This document shows, in pieces, positions 60,740 to 64,000 of a stretch of DNA of 64,000 nucleotides (position 1 is its first letter; each line of letters starts with the position of its first letter). The DNA comes from Balanoglossus misakiensis. Taxonomy: Eukaryota > Animalia > Hemichordata. The stretch spans positions 9,331,778 through 9,395,777 of the forward strand of contig CM082597.2 of NCBI GenBank assembly GCA_040954595.2, read 5' to 3'. The position numbers and the translations under genes are program-made. The notes below the pieces were generated by a model that worked only from the letters and a program-made list of their open reading frames with translations, did no database searches and had not been told where the DNA came from.

Positions 60740-63700
60740 ATGGTCTCAATGGATATTTTACTTATAATCTCTTGCCTGCTGATGATTAATATTTCCACTG
60801 GTACATGGAATATTAATGGTGGTCATGATTCTTTGAAAAGGTATGATGTCCTTTCGACTTTAAAATTAATTAATCGTTCTGACTTTTACTTTCTTCAAGA
60901 AACCCATTCGACGCCAAACGATGAAGCGCAATGGCAAATAGTTTGGCGTGCACCAATTTATTTCTCCCATGGTTCAAGTAACTCTGCTGGCGTTGCCATA
61001 ATGCTTTCACAAAATAAGAAGGTCGATATTATTTCTTCTCAAAGTGTTGTTCATGGTCATTTACTACATCTTCGCGTCAAAATTGATGATAATTATGTTA
61101 ATCTCATTAATGTGTATGCTCCGAACAATGGAGGTGACCGTTTCAGCTTCTTTAAGAAACTTGAAAAGTTGTTAAGTGAGATCAGTGTTGACGATACCGT
61201 AATTATTGGTGGGGATTTTAACTGTACTCTTAAGCCTCAGTTGGATCGTACTTCCACAGTTGAACCACATCTCAAATCGTCGCGTCTTCTTGCTTCAATT
61301 ATGCATAAATCTAAACTTTCTGACGCCTGGCGCCATTTCCACAACAATGCACGGAATTATACTTGGCAAAGAGGAGATAATAAATCTCGTATTGATACCT
61401 TCTATGTAAATAATTGGCTTACTTCAAAAATTACGTCTGCAGCCATTGATTCCTCTGTGAATGTTTCTGATCACTCGATTGTCTCAATTAATATCTCTGT
61501 CAAAAATTCTCGGAGTAAAAATCCAGTCTGGTGCCTCAATTCTAGTCTTCTTAATGAAGAAGACTATTGTAATCTTATTCGCCAATTCTGGGAAAAATGG
61601 CAAAAAGAGAAATTCAGATTTAAGTCTTTACAGAGTTGGTGGGATATTGGTAAACACAAAATCAAAGAATTGAGTAAGCAATACAGTCATGAACGTACTA
61701 ACAACTACAAACGTATGAAACAGGATATTGTTAATGAAATTGAACAAATTGAGCGTATTATTGATAAACAGCCTAACCTGAATGCTAGGTATCAGCAACA
61801 AAAGGAGCTTCTTGATAATTTGATAAAAACTGAGACTCGAGGAGCTGCTATCCGTTCCAGACATCAGCTTCTTAATGAAGCAGACGCTAACACTCATTTC
61901 TTTTACTCACTTGAGAAACATAGAGGAGTGCGTAAAAATATCACTCAGCTTAGGCTTCACGATCAAACCTTAACTGAAGACCAAGCTGAAATTCGCAACA
62001 TGGTTCGTGATTTCTATCAGAAGCTTTATACACCAGACCCTACTTCTTACAATGATCAAGAAACTATTCTTAAGGATCTGCCACAACTTAACCCGGAAAA
62101 TGTTGAGCTTTGTGACGACACTATTTCGTTCGAGGAGCTTACAAACGCTCTGAAATATGTTTCTACTAATAAAACACCTGGTATTGATGGTCTCCCTGTT
62201 GAGTTTTATAAAACTTTCTGGTCTAGTCTCGGGAGAGACTTGCATGAAATGTTAAATGCCTCAATTAAAGAAGGTTTTTTCCAACTTCATGTCGGAGAGC
62301 TGTAATATCGCTTATACCAAAGCCAGGTGACAACACACTACTAAAAAACTGGAGGCCTGTCAGCTTACTCTGTTCTGATTATAAAATCTTTACGAAAGCC
62401 TTGTCCATTCGTCTCCGTGGTGTTTTACACAATGTTATTCATCTTGATCAAAGCTACACTATTCCAGGCAGACAGATTTTTGACAATATTCACCTGATTA
62501 GAGATTGTATTAACTACCATAATGAGTTTAATCTTCCCCTTGGTATTCTCTCTGTCGACCAAGAAAAAGCGTTTGATAGGGTTCACCATAATTATCTTCT
62601 CAGAGCACTCAAAGCTTTTGGTTTTGGTGAAACTTTTATAAAATACATTGATCTTTTGTATACTAACACTGAAAGTGTCATTCGTGTGAATAGCGCCCTG
62701 ACTGGTCCAGTTCAATTTCAACGGGGTATAAGACAAGGTTGCTCTTTATCAGGACAACTTTATGCTATTTGTATTGAACCTTTATTACATAAAATTAGAT
62801 CTGAAACCAATATTTTGGGGATTACTATCCCCAAAAGCAATGATCGTAAGTGTAAACTTTCTGCATATGCAGATGATATTAGCTTTTTGATCACTAAGAA
62901 TTCTGACTTCAGTAAAATGCGCCAGTGGCTTTGTAGTTATGAAAACGCGAGCAATGCTCATATTAATTATGGTAAATCTGAAGGTTTGTGGGTTGGAAGA
63001 TGGCGAGGTAGAACTGACCACCCCTTGGGAATCAAATGGAACAGTAGAGGGCTTAAAATTCTTGGTATCTACCTTGGGAATACGGATGAGTTCTTTCAAC
63101 AAAATTGGGACGACTGTGTTCGCAAAATCAATAATAAGCTTTCTTGGTGGTCAAGGTTTGTAAAAGCTATGTCATACCGGGGGCGTGTAATTGTTATTAA
63201 TCATCTGGCTGCTACTAAACTGTTTCATAGACTAGTTTGTTTATCTCCTCCCCCTGATATCATTTCATATATTCAAAATACTTTTCTTGATTTCTTCTGG
63301 CAAGGCCGGCACTGGCTTCCAGCTCACTTACTTTATGCTCGCATTGAAAGTGGGGGTCAAAACCTCGTTTGTCTTCCTGTTCGGATCAATGCTTTCCGTT
63401 TGCAACGTTTGCAGAGGTTTCTCCATTCCTCCCTGGATCATCCTTCGTTTTCTTTCTTGGAATACTATTTTAAAACAGTCCATGCTCTAGATTATGGCGC
63501 TCAACTTCTTGCAATTGAAATTCCTTCGATACCAGGAACTTTGCCTTTATTTTATCGTGATCTCCTCAAAACATGGAATTCGATTAAAAGACTTAGGAAA
63601 GATCATCCCACAGCTATTTGTGATATTCTTAACGAACCTCTTTTCTATAATGACCTGGTTCAACTTTCTGTTGGGCATGAAACTACCATAGTTCAAAATC

Positions 63701-63972
63701 TGGTTGATGCTGGCATTACCAAGGTCGCGGACCTAATTAATATTGACAGAAAGATGTGGCACACAGCAGATTATTTTAAAGACAAAGTTAAATTTCACTC
63801 TATGAGGATCTTTATCCGCACTCTTCAAACTATTCATAGCTCCTTACCAATTAATTGGATAAAGGAAATTCGGAAATTTTTTAAGGGTATTTCAGACACT
63901 AGATCCAACGAGTACTCTTACTTGTTTGAGTTGGTATACTCAAAACCCGATGTCCTCCTCAACTGCCCATGA
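60740..63972 (+). pseudogene. Tx1 ORF2 (apurinic-like endonuclease and reverse transcriptase), frameshifted
   Basis: TWNING, FLQETH, NVYAP, GGDFN and SDH; frameshift at ~62280; then NWRPVSLL, DQEKAFDRV, GIRQGCSLSG and AYADD; stop at 63972. Confidence 0.93.
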
Positions 63973-64000
63973 TACAAAAGTGAAAAAGGTGAAATTTACA

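Larger units (their letters stand above)
57011..60740 (+). pseudogene. Tx1 ORF1 (gag-like, CCHC), disrupted by a 2.2-kb insertion
   Basis: Coding from 57011 to 57703, resuming at 59880 to 60740. Confidence 0.88.
56800..64000 (+). mobile_element. Tx1-clade non-LTR retrotransposon, near full length, running off the window end
   Basis: 5' end (GGT)n directly after (CAT)n. ORF1 has IIAASRMNRSVIVFL, LILSNVPPFI, LKHVKSFRRQ and a CFLCGAKGHIRKSC knuckle. ORF2 has an APE endonuclease and RT. Confidence 0.95.

Overview
Intron-rich animal genomic DNA, probably a non-vertebrate deuterostome such as a hemichordate, amphioxus or echinoderm (inferred from gene and transposon content, not proven). 1-23 kb is an innate-immunity cluster: the last four exons of a Cad96Ca/RET-like receptor tyrosine kinase, a two-Ig-domain type-I membrane protein, two copies of a TRAF pseudogene in a recent 3,824-bp tandem duplication, an intact two-exon gene fusing a PYRIN-like death fold to a TRAF coiled-coil/MATH module, and a RING-zinc-finger TRAF2-like gene whose MATH domain lacks 7 conserved residues. 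25-42 kb holds two tandem GMC oxidoreductase paralogues with nested DNA-transposon insertions. A signal-peptide exon at 42.9 kb is followed by a transposon pile-up to the window end: a Tc1/pogo-type MITE, a decayed BEL/Pao LTR element carrying a foldback MITE, a 74-bp satellite next to an LTR-like end, and two Tx1-clade LINEs separated by an (ATC)n array, the second interrupted by two copies of a composite TIR element also found at 13.5 kb. The most notable finding is the PYD-like/TRAF fusion gene. All exon models were read by eye from GT/AG sites and reading frame; no database searches were run.
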